From Schizochytrium sp. TIO01 (lineage: Eukaryota > Protista > Bigyra: Labyrinthulomycetes), in NCBI GenBank assembly GCA_004764695.1, contig SMSO01000037.1:1402747-1466746 (forward strand): 64,000 bases of DNA, in the 5' to 3' direction. Each line of letters opens with the position of its first letter. The stretch's first letter is position 1. Of the stretch, positions 13,801 through 23,390 are shown one piece after another. The position numbers were made by a program, and so were the translations under genes. A model generated the notes under the pieces. That model saw only the letters and a program-made list of their open reading frames with translations, made no database searches and had not been told where the DNA came from.

Positions 13801-15873
13801 ATGTGCGGAATCATTGCATCCCTCATGTCTGGTGACATGACCGTGCCGGTCGCTCTTGAAGGCCTCCGACGCATGGAGTACAGAGGCTACGACTCTGCTG
13901 GTGTCGCCTGCATTACCAACCTTGAGCGTACCCTTCAAGTGGAGAAGCGTAAGGGTAAAGTTATCAACCTTACCAGCGCAGTAAACGGACGTCCTACATT
14001 CCAAGATGCTAGCGTTGCCATTGCTCACACTCGCTGGGCTACCCACGGACCCCCTACTGATCGTAACTCTCACCCTCACTGCTCTAACGATGGCAAGCTC
14101 GCCATTGTCCACAATGGAATCATTGAGAACTACCAGGACCTCAAGAACGAGCTCATTGAGGTTGGCTACAACTTCGCCTCTGAGACTGATAGTGAAATCC
14201 TCGCAATCCTCATTCGCCACCAGCAACTCCAGAACCCCGAGCTCCCTCTCGAAGCCGCCGTCAGTCTCGCTCTTGCGGAATGCACGGGTGCCTGGGCAGT
14301 CTGCGTTATCGACGAGTCCAACCCGAACCTTCTTGTCGGTGCTCGCAAGGGATCCCCTCTGATCCTCGGCCAAAGCAAGAACGGCCTCATGCTTGCCTCG
14401 GATGCCACCGCTGTTGCAGGAATTGCTGACAAGGTCATCTATCTCGAGGAGGACGACGTCGTATCCTGTGTTCGCGATGCTGTAACTGGAGACTACGTCT
14501 TCTCCATTGGATCTATGGCAGAGGCTCACTTCTCAGACTACATGTCTGACAGTGAGGACTCCGTTTCTTCTGGTCACTCTGGGAGCTCTGGAGAGTCCAA
14601 GAACTCCAAGGACTCAATCTTCTCCGAGGGAATGCTTGGCAGCCGCCCCATCACCCCCCGTGCTCGTTGCATGAAGAAGCTCTTCCGTCGCTCCTCTTCC
14701 AATCCTCGTGTGCAGCGTAGTGCTGTCGAACTCACCATGAAGGTTGAGACTATCCAGAAGAATGGATTCAAGCACTTCATGCTCAAGGAGATTATGGAGC
14801 AGCCCAAGGTTCTCCGCGAGTGCCTTCGCTCTCGTGTTGACGAGAAGACTGGCCTGCTGCAGCTCCCTTCGCTTGACGGAGTTATGGACCGCATCTTAAA
14901 TGCTCGCCGTATTCTCATCTGTGCTTGCGGCACCAGCTGGCATGCTGGCCTCGTCGGTGAATACCTTCTCGAGGGTCTCGCTCGCATCCCTGTCGAGGTT
15001 GAATACGCCTCAGAGTTTCGCTACCGCTCACCCATCATCTTCAAGGATGATGTTGTGATTGTCACTTCTCAGTCCGGCGAGACTGCTGATACCCTTGAGG
15101 CCATTCGCATCGCCAACAAGGCTGGTGCTCTTACTCTTGGTGTTGTCAACGTCGTGGGCTCTTCGATTGCCCGTGAGACCGACGCTGTGGTCTACCTTCA
15201 GGTTGGCCCTGAGATTGGTGTTGCCAGCACCAAGGCGTTTACTGGTCAGGTCCTTGTGCTTACCATGCTTGCTGTAGTCCTTGGACACCGCAACGGCAGC
15301 ATCTCTGATGCCAATGCCCTCGAGTACTCTCGCCTTGTTCAGGAGATCCCTGACAAGGTCTCTGAGTGCCTCTCTCAGACCAACCTCGACTCCATCAAGA
15401 AGCTTTCGGCATCTCTTCGCTACGCCAAGAACTTCCTGTACCTTGGTCGTGGATTTAACTTCCCTGTGGCCCTTGAGTCTGCACTCAAGCTCAAGGAGGT
15501 CAGTTATGTGCATGCTGAGGGATACCCTGCGGCAGAAATGAAGCACGGACCCATTTCCCTGATCGACCAGCAAATGCCTGTCTGTGTGATTGCTCCCAAG
15601 AGCTTCCACGAGAATAACTACGAGAAGGTACGCTCCAACATCCAAGAGGTGGTTGCACGTGCTGGCAACGTCATTGCTATTACTGATGCTGAGGGCAAGT
15701 CTGACTTGGACAAGCTCGCCGAGAAGGTTATTGTGGTTCCTTCCACTGTTGAGTGGCTCTTCCCGCTCGTATCCTGCATCCCGCTTCAGCTCCTATCATA
15801 CTGGATCGCCGACTACCGTGGATGCGAGATTGACTCTCCGCGTAACTTGGCCAAGAGTGTTACTGTGGAGTAA
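13801..15873 (+). CDS. glmS: Glutamine--fructose-6-phosphate aminotransferase (isomerizing), GFAT/GlmS, bacterial type, 690 aa
   Basis: N-terminal MCGI catalytic Cys, EYRGYDSAG, HTRWATHG, HNGIIEN, SETDSE, ACGTSWHAG, SQSGETAD, GVASTKAF, EMKHGP and C-terminal PRNLAKSVTVE. Strong C-ending codon bias and A-rich start context. Confidence 0.98.
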   Translation: MCGIIASLMSGDMTVPVALEGLRRMEYRGYDSAGVACITNLERTLQVEKRKGKVINLTSAVNGRPTFQDASVAIAHTRWATHGPPTDRNSHPHCSNDGKLAIVHNGIIENYQDLKNELIEVGYNFASETDSEILAILIRHQQLQNPELPLEAAVSLALAECTGAWAVCVIDESNPNLLVGARKGSPLILGQSKNGLMLASDATAVAGIADKVIYLEEDDVVSCVRDAVTGDYVFSIGSMAEAHFSDYMSDSEDSVSSGHSGSSGESKNSKDSIFSEGMLGSRPITPRARCMKKLFRRSSSNPRVQRSAVELTMKVETIQKNGFKHFMLKEIMEQPKVLRECLRSRVDEKTGLLQLPSLDGVMDRILNARRILICACGTSWHAGLVGEYLLEGLARIPVEVEYASEFRYRSPIIFKDDVVIVTSQSGETADTLEAIRIANKAGALTLGVVNVVGSSIARETDAVVYLQVGPEIGVASTKAFTGQVLVLTMLAVVLGHRNGSISDANALEYSRLVQEIPDKVSECLSQTNLDSIKKLSASLRYAKNFLYLGRGFNFPVALESALKLKEVSYVHAEGYPAAEMKHGPISLIDQQMPVCVIAPKSFHENNYEKVRSNIQEVVARAGNVIAITDAEGKSDLDKLAEKVIVVPSTVEWLFPLVSCIPLQLLSYWIADYRGCEIDSPRNLAKSVTVE

Positions 15874-17345
15874 ACAGTCCCACCGATCATCCATTTCATT
15901 GCGTACCCGCTCTGCCTGTTTGCCTGACCCGCGTGCATATCGAAATGTTTCCTTCGCTAAACTCAACCTGCACGCACATCATTTGCCTGTTGTTTCCCGA
16001 CATGTCTGGTTCTGTTCACTACTAAAGCAGAATTCTTATGTAGTATCTCCCGATCCCAACTCTCGCTCAGCGAGACCCAAATACACTAGATTTTCCCTAA
16101 GCACCAAATAAGTGCTCACATTTTATATGTTATCCAATATTTCTCGATTGCAATATTTTCAAGACCATGACACGCTGGTTTCTAGTACCATTTATGCTTC
16201 TATGAATAGCCAAAACACTACTCCTTGACTTGCAGTGAAAAGTGTAGTGACGAACGAGTTTTCGTAACGGATCTAACCATTTGGATGCTTCACTTTTCCT
16301 ATCCAAGGAACATTAGTTTATGTCTTCAATTACATCTGATGAGAAATTCATAGACCGTCTCACTTGCTCCGATCCATGTAAATCTTTAAACATATTGTCA
16401 GTTTGGAAGCAGTATATGTTGGCCAGTAGTAGCCGTCCTCAGATTCTTGGATTGAAATATTTTTCTTCCTCAATATCAAGGAGTTTTAGAAGTCCACACA
16501 TGTCCGATGGCCTGAATTACTCATCTAACCTCGCTTTGTCTGCTTTTGACTCCTTCTTGAAAGTTTGAAGTTACTGCGGTCTCTTTTCAAGTCCTCGTTG
16601 CGATGTTCTCAAGTCTTAGTTCGTACTAAATCCCTTCTAGGTCGAATCCAGATTTCTCGTGTAACATTGGTAGAGAGTACTTCTACTATTAGTTATATGC
16701 AGGGCTAGGAAGTACGTACGGTCTCTTATCTCAACTAGCAATAAATAGTAGATAGAGAACTCTACTAGTAGGTATAATATAGTTACCTACTCGGTCAGCC
16801 TAGGCTTGTTAGAGTAACTAGTAAGTACGTACTATTCGACGTTTCGACGTTGTGATAACTATTATCATTGTTATTCACAGTAGGTAGTGTTATTATTATC
16901 CAATTATAGATTAGGTATTGTTCTCGTAGAAGGCAGAAGAAGCAACTGCGTCGAGCCGAATCGGAGCTGCCAGACTCGTGACGGCAGAACCTAGGGCCGT
17001 GACATCGCACCAAAGGCAGGGGAGCCATCACTTTAGTGGCACTGCTTTGTAGAGTCTTCGTTGACAAAGACAGCCTTCTACAGGGACAGGATATCTAGTT
17101 TTGAGCTCGTTCACAAAGAAGCTCACTACAAAAGAGCAGATTGCACACGGAGTCATCTTACTCCATCTCTATCGTTATCCCTTCTCGGTTTTCAAACACC
17201 GCGCAGCGTGTACGAAAGAAGCATAGTTCCCAAAGACTGAATTGGTTGATCGTGAGGAATTGACATTCTGTAGAGACTGAATCGAAAGATTATCTGAGAG
17301 GACGCTCATCAAGATCTTTCAAGAGATCAAACTCTTTTACCAAAC

Positions 17346-17981
17346 ATGGTTGTTGTTAGCACTCCTGACGGTAAGGAATTTAGCGATGCTCGTGAATACC
17401 GCCGATACCTTTTTGAGCACTACTATAGTTTTCGCAACCGTAGCGATGAAACCCTATCCAAGGTCCCTGGCGAGATTAATGGAGAGGAGTTCCAACTTGA
17501 TGGTCTCACCGACTGCGTCGTGACAATTCTCGATGTGACCAACCGCGTCGTTGTTAGCGACTTGACCAACTGTAAGGTCTTTCTTGGTCCATCCAAGGAA
17601 TCAGTCATGTTTCGTAAATGCAAGAATTGTGTTTTTACCGTTGCCTGCAAGGACTTGCGCGTAAACTCTTGCCAAGATTGCACCGTCAATGCCTTCTCCA
17701 CAATGCCCGTGCAGCTCGATGACTCGCATCACATCTCTGTTGGCAACTTCAACGGTGCTTACTCTGGCCTGACTGCTCATTTCCGCGCTGCTAATCTCGA
17801 TCCTTCTCAAGGCACTGACGTCAAGGTAAAGGATTTCAGCGAGCGCGACTCTGAGCTTCCTCAGCCGCATTTCACGATGCTGACTGCTGACGACGAAGCA
17901 TCTCAACCCTGGGAGGTGGAACTTGAAAACGCTGAAGGTCCGCCCGAAAACCCAATCAACCCTTACAGTAGAACCTGCTGA
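17346..17981 (+). CDS. RP2/TBCC (tubulin-binding cofactor C, C-CAP-like beta-helix) domain; probably the 5' part of a fusion with the clathrin light chain ORF
   Basis: YSFRNRSDETLSKVPGEINGEEF...TNCKVFLGPSKESVMFRKCKNCVFTVACKDLRV is collinear with the RP2 beta-helix as I recall it (YMFSGLKDETVGRLPG...TNCIIFLGPVKGSVFFRNC...ACQQFRV). Confidence 0.85.
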   Translation: MVVVSTPDGKEFSDAREYRRYLFEHYYSFRNRSDETLSKVPGEINGEEFQLDGLTDCVVTILDVTNRVVVSDLTNCKVFLGPSKESVMFRKCKNCVFTVACKDLRVNSCQDCTVNAFSTMPVQLDDSHHISVGNFNGAYSGLTAHFRAANLDPSQGTDVKVKDFSERDSELPQPHFTMLTADDEASQPWEVELENAEGPPENPINPYSRTC

Positions 17982-18996
17982 GCCCCCTGCCTGCCCGCAC
18001 CCTGTGCCTGATCCTCATGCTAGTTTCGAGGAGGATGCATTTGGTCAGGAAATCGATGACCAAGATGCATTTGGCATTGACGAAACCAACCAGCCTGAGA
18101 CTGCGTTCGGGTCTGATGAGGAGTTTGAAGGAGACCCATTCGGCGAACCTGCCTCTCGTGTAGAAAACCAGACTGTTGAGCCGTCCAATGACTTCTTCGC
18201 CCAGGACGATCAAGTGCAATCGCAGGAAGAGGACCAGCACTTCCAGGCTAACAGTGACATGGACGTGATGGATGACAACTTTGGCATGTCCGAGGAAGAG
18301 GCACAACAGCAACAACAGCAAGACTACGGGATGCTTGAGCAGCAGCAGCAGCAAAATTTTATGATGGCAGAACAACAGGAGTATGTCGCGCCTGAACCAC
18401 AGCAGCAGGAGTATGTCGCGCCTGAATCCCAGCAGCAGGAGTATGTCGCGCCTGAACCGCAGCAGCAGGAGTATGTCGCGCCTGAACCGCAGCTGCAGGA
18501 GTATGTTGCGCCTGAAATGCAACAGCAGGAGTATGTCGCGCCCGAACCGCAGCAGCAGCAACAACAATATGAAGCACCTGATCTTGATGGATACACAGAG
18601 CCGATGGGTGCTGCAATGGATGCACCTTCCCCTCCTGTGTCAGACTTCATGGCGGACTCTGATGAACAGGACGCGCGTATTGCATGGGAAGCCCAGTTTG
18701 CAGAGCGTGTCAAGGCTTTGGATCAGCAGGCTGAGGATAAGCAGGCTGAGATGCAAGAGAAAGCGGAGGAAGAACTTGACGAACACTATGCACAGCGCAC
18801 GAATGAAAATGCTGTGCGCTATACAACAAATCGCGAGTCAGAGAATGCCATGCTTCAAGAGAACGAGGATATTTCTGTATCTACAGACGAAGACATCAAT
18901 TGGGCAAGAGTTGTATCGCTTGTAGATGTGAACACCAAGGAAGGCGATGCAAAATGCGATCGTATGAAGGCATTGCTGATGCGTCTCAAGAACTAA
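17923..18996 (+). CDS. Clathrin light chain region: acidic linker, tandem repeats and CLC helical C-terminus; +1 frame relative to the upstream RP2 ORF
   Basis: AWEAQFAERVKALD...KAEEELDEHYAQR...NRESE...WARVVSLVD...RMKALLMRLK matches the clathrin light chain pattern. No ATG near the 5' end; this frame is open from 17884. Confidence 0.85.
   Translation: MKTLKVRPKTQSTLTVEPAEPPACPHPVPDPHASFEEDAFGQEIDDQDAFGIDETNQPETAFGSDEEFEGDPFGEPASRVENQTVEPSNDFFAQDDQVQSQEEDQHFQANSDMDVMDDNFGMSEEEAQQQQQQDYGMLEQQQQQNFMMAEQQEYVAPEPQQQEYVAPESQQQEYVAPEPQQQEYVAPEPQLQEYVAPEMQQQEYVAPEPQQQQQQYEAPDLDGYTEPMGAAMDAPSPPVSDFMADSDEQDARIAWEAQFAERVKALDQQAEDKQAEMQEKAEEELDEHYAQRTNENAVRYTTNRESENAMLQENEDISVSTDEDINWARVVSLVDVNTKEGDAKCDRMKALLMRLKN
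18373..18552 (+). repeat. Coding minisatellite, 6 x 30 bp (QQEYVAPEPQ)
   Basis: GAGTATG recurs at 18379, 18409, 18439, 18469, 18499 and 18529. Confidence 0.95.
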
Positions 18997-19384
18997 TTCT
19001 GTCGAGCCTTAATGTCGATATGCACTCTTTCTTTTTAGTAGTTTCTAGTTGTGGTACCCTTGCACTATGCTGCATCAATTACTTTTATCCCTACCTATCT
19101 ATAACTGACAAGCTGCCACGAACATAGTTCGCACGCAGGTACTCCTGTTTGCTATTTCCATAATCTTCACTATTTCTCATATTAAAATTGCATTGCTTTT
19201 CTTGTGTCGTGCAGTGCACTCTAAGTTCTCAAAAGCAATTGAGGCAACATGACAGCATGGCACATTTGCTATACAAGTATCACAAACTAGAAAACAACCG
19301 GATGCTTATCCATCCCGTTGAAGACGTTTACACAGGAGGTAGAATTGATTATAAGGTACAAAAGAAGTATGTATGTAGTCGAGT

Positions 19385-20233
19385 TCACATTCGCTTTTTG
19401 GAGGCATGGGAAGTATCTGTGTTGCCAAAGAGAAGAAAGAGCCCCAGTAAGCTTCCTGATAGATAACCAACGCCAGCCCCATATACTAACGTGATGGGCC
19501 ACGCTTGCCAAGGTCGATCCCAATCAAGAGGAATAGGAATGGCACCGAGCCAGGCCCCGGCAACAGTACCCACGATCTGATGGAATAAAATATTATCGAC
19601 CATCGTATCGGTACTGAAGAAAACATAGAACTGAAGAAACTCATCAAGGATGGCCTCAACTCGGCCTGACCTTGATGATATCCATGCAAAAGGCATCGTC
19701 ACTAAGCTTGAGAAAAGAGACGCAAACAGAAATGTCCTCTCGCTCATTCTGGATGCTCGTCAATAGTGCCAGAACAGCATAAGAAAGTATTTCAAGAGTT
19801 CCGAATAAACCAGCAGTTAGCCTCTAAAATATTGAGTAACTCCTGATGATGCTCTATATTGTCCTCAAGTCAGGAAAGTACCATTTCTGTCTGAGGTTCG
19901 ATGAATTGAAACGTACTGAAAAAAGGGTGCCCCGAACAAGACAAGTACTACATGCAAAATAAAAGCACCTGCGATGCATGTCAAAAACGTATGTGATAGA
20001 AATGATATGGTTGATTTGTCAGCTCTCGCATACTTTGCGTGCCGAGGGCACTGTGTATAAAACCACGCAATGCGACCAGTCAGGACCAGCATTAGAGCCA
20101 CCTGCATGTGCAGCACAGGCTTCTCTTCCAGAGTATTTCCCGTAAGTAAACGTGGCGCGAGCCCTAAGCTACTCATTGTCCAGACCACATCTCCACCTGC
20201 CCACACAAACGTGTCCCATCGTGTATTTGACAT
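19385..20233 (-). CDS. PIGF: GPI biosynthesis protein PIG-F (Gpi11), spliced: exons 20233-19917 and 19748-19385; possible extra 5' exon 20589-20565
   Basis: VLFGAP in the first exon and [21 protein letters not shown] in the second are PIG-F signatures. CA|GTACGT donor and CATCCAG|A acceptor join in frame (FFQ-MSERT). Confidence 0.92.
19749..19916 (-). other. 168-nt GT-AG spliceosomal intron in PIG-F
   Basis: GTACGT donor, TTGAC branch-like motif just upstream of the CAG acceptor; removal restores one reading frame. Confidence 0.85.
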
Positions 20234-20819
20234 CTCTAAAGGCACGTCGTTACTTGGCACTGTAGAATCAGGGATTTCGCTTTGCTATCCAATTTATCCT
20301 CCCTCGTGACTTGTTTTCTACTAGAGATTCAACTATGTGTATGATAGTAACCTTTAAAACGAATCTGCTCAGTATAAGTTGGTTTTCTCGTGTTTTGCCT
20401 GGAACAGCTTCTTGTTTTCAGAATATTAGACAGTGTGCATCTAGAATTAACTACCATCGTGAGACAAGAGACGAGGAATTTTCTATGCCATGTTGACATA
20501 TTTACAGGTTTGGTGGGTGTTGCAGGCCCAATGTTTCTTTATCCTCTCACTCCGGTGAGGCGACCTAAATGAGCATAATCTGCCGCCATTTTAAATTATT
20601 AGTAGGACCTTTTGTACCTCATAGGGACTTACTTCGCCATAGTTCATACTTTTGCCAGTATGTAAGACCCTGATGAATTCGGTCTGTATGAAACTTGTAT
20701 CTTTCGCTTCGTCGATATGCTGTCGTTACGATAATCAGCCAAGTGGGGTCAACACCAATTAATGAGTTATGTGATGGCGGTTTGTTGCTGCAAGAGAGAG
20801 AACCTACTTATTCATTCGG

Positions 20820-22095
20820 CTATCATGAATTGTCGTGATGAATCAAGTTTGGCCATTTCCTGGAAAAACTCATTCTGTAAGATTCCTATTATGGGTATTA
20901 TTTGCCTTGGGGGTTTTCTAACAGGATTCATGGCTACCATTATTTCACCAATCAGAAGTTACTACTATTCCTTTCAATCCTTTGGTTAAGCAAAAGCACC
21001 TTCATGATAATTAGGAAATACTCTTTGGGAGTGCAAAAATTTTCTCATGCACGCAATGTGTTTTCCACTGGGATTCTATTTTTCATTTCACGCACCCTGA
21101 CTTTGCCATGGCCTTGAAACAAAGGCCGGCCAGCAATTCGTGAGTGCAAATGTTCGTAGGCTCTCAGCGTGATGAACCTACTTTAGAATCGAGTTTTCCG
21201 CCTGAAATGAAAACATGCAGCCTGGCCTGTGAACTGTTTCTAGCGTACCACTGTATCAAGGAAGTTCTGCGCCGCTCACTATTTATCGCCGGCAGCAACA
21301 GTTTCTGCAGCATCCTTTTGGGCTCTTCACCATCAGATAGCTCCACGTCTATCTCTTGGCGCTCTGGCATTATGGTGACTTTCACGAATTACGATGCCAT
21401 TGTCGATAGATACTCCCAAATAAATTGCAATTTTTCAGCGAAGGCCCACGCCAATGAGGGAAGAAGACAAAATAAATACAGGAGGGAGGTAGTCCTTCAC
21501 GTAGGGAGAGCGACGTTCTCCATTTCCAAATTCAATATCTAATTAGTTGGTTACCTGCTCAACTCGAGCCATTGGCGAGATAATTGAATAGCTGCAGTTG
21601 CTTGTGTCTTGGTTAGTCTGTTGGTGGTTGTTTTCTATGCGATGGAGCTCTTGCTTCTTGAATTTCTGTGCATGAATGGCACGATGACTCTGAGTCGTGC
21701 ACTGCATCCTGGTACCATACCAGCTCGTAATGTGCAATTATTGTTCCTTCCCGTGCAAACCTTTGCATTGGCCGAAGCCAAAAGCAATAGGAAGTCTCGG
21801 CTGCCTCGGGTGAGAAGAGTAAATTCTTAACTTCAAGTTGTGCGAGAGTTTTGGACCTCGGGAATGGGGATGTATCGCAAATCTCGCTCCCCTTCCTTAG
21901 CTCTTGGACAGACAGACGGACAGACAGATAGATGCCTCTGCGATGTAGTTTCGCACGAGTTGTTAGGCACGAATGCATCCATGCATGCATACATCCATCC
22001 ATACACACATACACTCAAACCAGCATACACAAGGCTAACTTCACGAACTCCAAGGGGTGATTTGGCAAGGTGTGGTGAAAAGGGTGCCTGGGAGC

Positions 22096-22139
<44 letters not shown>

Positions 22140-22869
22140 GAGGCTCTCATCTGGCTTCAGGCCGACTGACAATCGAAGAGACAAACTCACAGATTCTAGT
22201 TTCTCAGCCAGAGATGTCGGCAGACGGGTCGTGGAGAGACGATCAATCACCTCCTTCAAGTTTGCGCGGGTGCTGATGGAGGCCATCATTTTCATGGCAC
22301 GGGTCTTTGTTCTGCTGCACGGTCGAGAGAAGACAGACCCTTTCGAAGTCGTCGAGCTACCTCTGCGAGGGTGCGATCGACTTTTGCATCGAGAGCGGCG
22401 AGGAAAGGCCGGGCGCTTGCGAAGTTCACAGCTCGAATGAAGGTAGGCTTCCCTGGCTCCTCGGTTCCGGACCTGTGGTGGGTGACCGCCTCGAGATGAT
22501 GCTGGATGTGCCCAGCAAGGTCGGCGATAATGCCATCCATCCATGGCCTCCAGCGGAGGCGTTCCTTGCATTGAGCGCTGCAGACTCTTCCGTTCAAGGC
22601 ACCATTCTCACGTCATCGCCAACAAGCGAGGCCGGGTCTGTGGTGAGTGCGGACTTCCTCGAGCTGGTCGAGCAAGTTCTTTCTGCCCATGCAAGTTTGC
22701 AGGTACGTATTTGGGTGCAGACAGTCAGAGAGCGAAGCGGAAGAGCACGGGGGTCCGCATTCGTACAGCGCGCAGTTTCTGCGTGCGCGCTATCAAAGTC
22801 CTCAAACTTTTCAGAGCCGTTTGCGCTTACGAACCAGGCTTCCTGGCCGGGCTTCAGCCGAATTGCCAT
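20820..22869 (-). pseudogene. Decayed gene with a WAC (Acf1/WSTF/Itc1)-like N-terminus; multiple frameshifts and stops
   Basis: From ATG 22869: MAIRLKPGQEAWFVSANGSEKFEDFD..., then RTCKLA/(shift)/GRKNLLDQLEE, resembling WAC LxPxEEVF...F.DY...WTC..TG..NLT. Further coding-like fragments (WMDGIIADLAGHIQHHL, RPFLAALDAKVDRTLAEVARRLRK, NLKEVIDRL, EPKRMLQKLLLP) lie in changing frames. GTGAGT donor at 22190. The 3' limit is uncertain. Confidence 0.35.
22097..22139. repeat. (CTG)14 trinucleotide repeat
   Basis: Read directly. Confidence 0.95.
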
Positions 22870-22882
22870 ACATGCAACGGCA

Positions 22883-22982
22883 CAAGCAAGCAACCACAAG
22901 CAAGCAACAACAAGCAAGCAACCACAAGCAACAACCACAAGCAACAACCACAAGCAACAACCACAAGCAACAACAAGCAAGC
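22883..22982. repeat. Imperfect minisatellite of CAAGCAA(G/C)...CAACCA units, about 13-14 bp
   Basis: caagcaagcaaccacaagcaagcaacaacaagcaagcaaccacaagcaacaaccacaagcaacaacca... Confidence 0.85.
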
Positions 22983-23345
22983 GAGAAGCGGCCACCAGCG
23001 AACCCCGGTCGCGAGGGCTGATGAAACTGAGGACGTGCAGGCGCCCAGGTACCGTCTGCGCAGCTGCCTCCTACCTCTGTCTTCGCGGCGTTGGATCCGC
23101 GGTTTTCAACTTTCGCTTCAGCTTCAGCTTTGTCATAGTACGTACCTAATTCACGATGCAAGGATTCACAACGCACGCATGACTGAGAGACTGACGACTG
23201 ACTGCCATGACTAGTCTGACTGCCTCAGAGATCAAAATCGTGATTCCAAGTCACTTCATACTCCATGCATGAGCCACGGTTGATCTATCGTCGATTCGTC
23301 AGCCGTTCCCGATTCGCCGCCCTTCACGAAGAAGAAGAGGTCCGC

Positions 23346-23390
23346 GAATGAATGAATGAATGAATGAATGAATGAATGAATGAATGAATG
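23346..23390. repeat. (GAAT)11 microsatellite
   Basis: Read directly. Confidence 0.95.

Noticed and set aside
13762-15645. Long antisense ORFs (255 aa, 205 aa) over GFAT, and similar ones over DAO1 and the CLC
   Set aside because: Shadow ORFs produced by codon bias of the sense gene; no motifs.
16310-16650. Possible degraded minus-strand coding remnant (FKKESKADKARLDE*...LLKLLDIEEEKYF)
   Set aside because: Multiple stops and no recognisable family; cannot be supported without a translated search.
17826-17937. 112-nt intron (AAG|GTAAAG...GAAG) as the fix for the RP2/CLC frame break
   Set aside because: It restores frame but would delete the VKDF...PHF segment that belongs to the TBCC/RP2 domain.
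17976-18011. Cys-TGA as Cys-Sec or stop readthrough at the end of the RP2 ORF
   Set aside because: In-frame readthrough hits another TGA after nine codons, and no SECIS was recognised.
18373-18552. 30-bp repeats as a CRISPR array
   Set aside because: Head-to-tail with no spacers, in frame within a eukaryotic CDS, and no cas genes.
22307-23214. Plus-strand ORFs of 280 and 223 aa
   Set aside because: Antisense to the decayed minus-strand gene and extended by a stop-free minisatellite.
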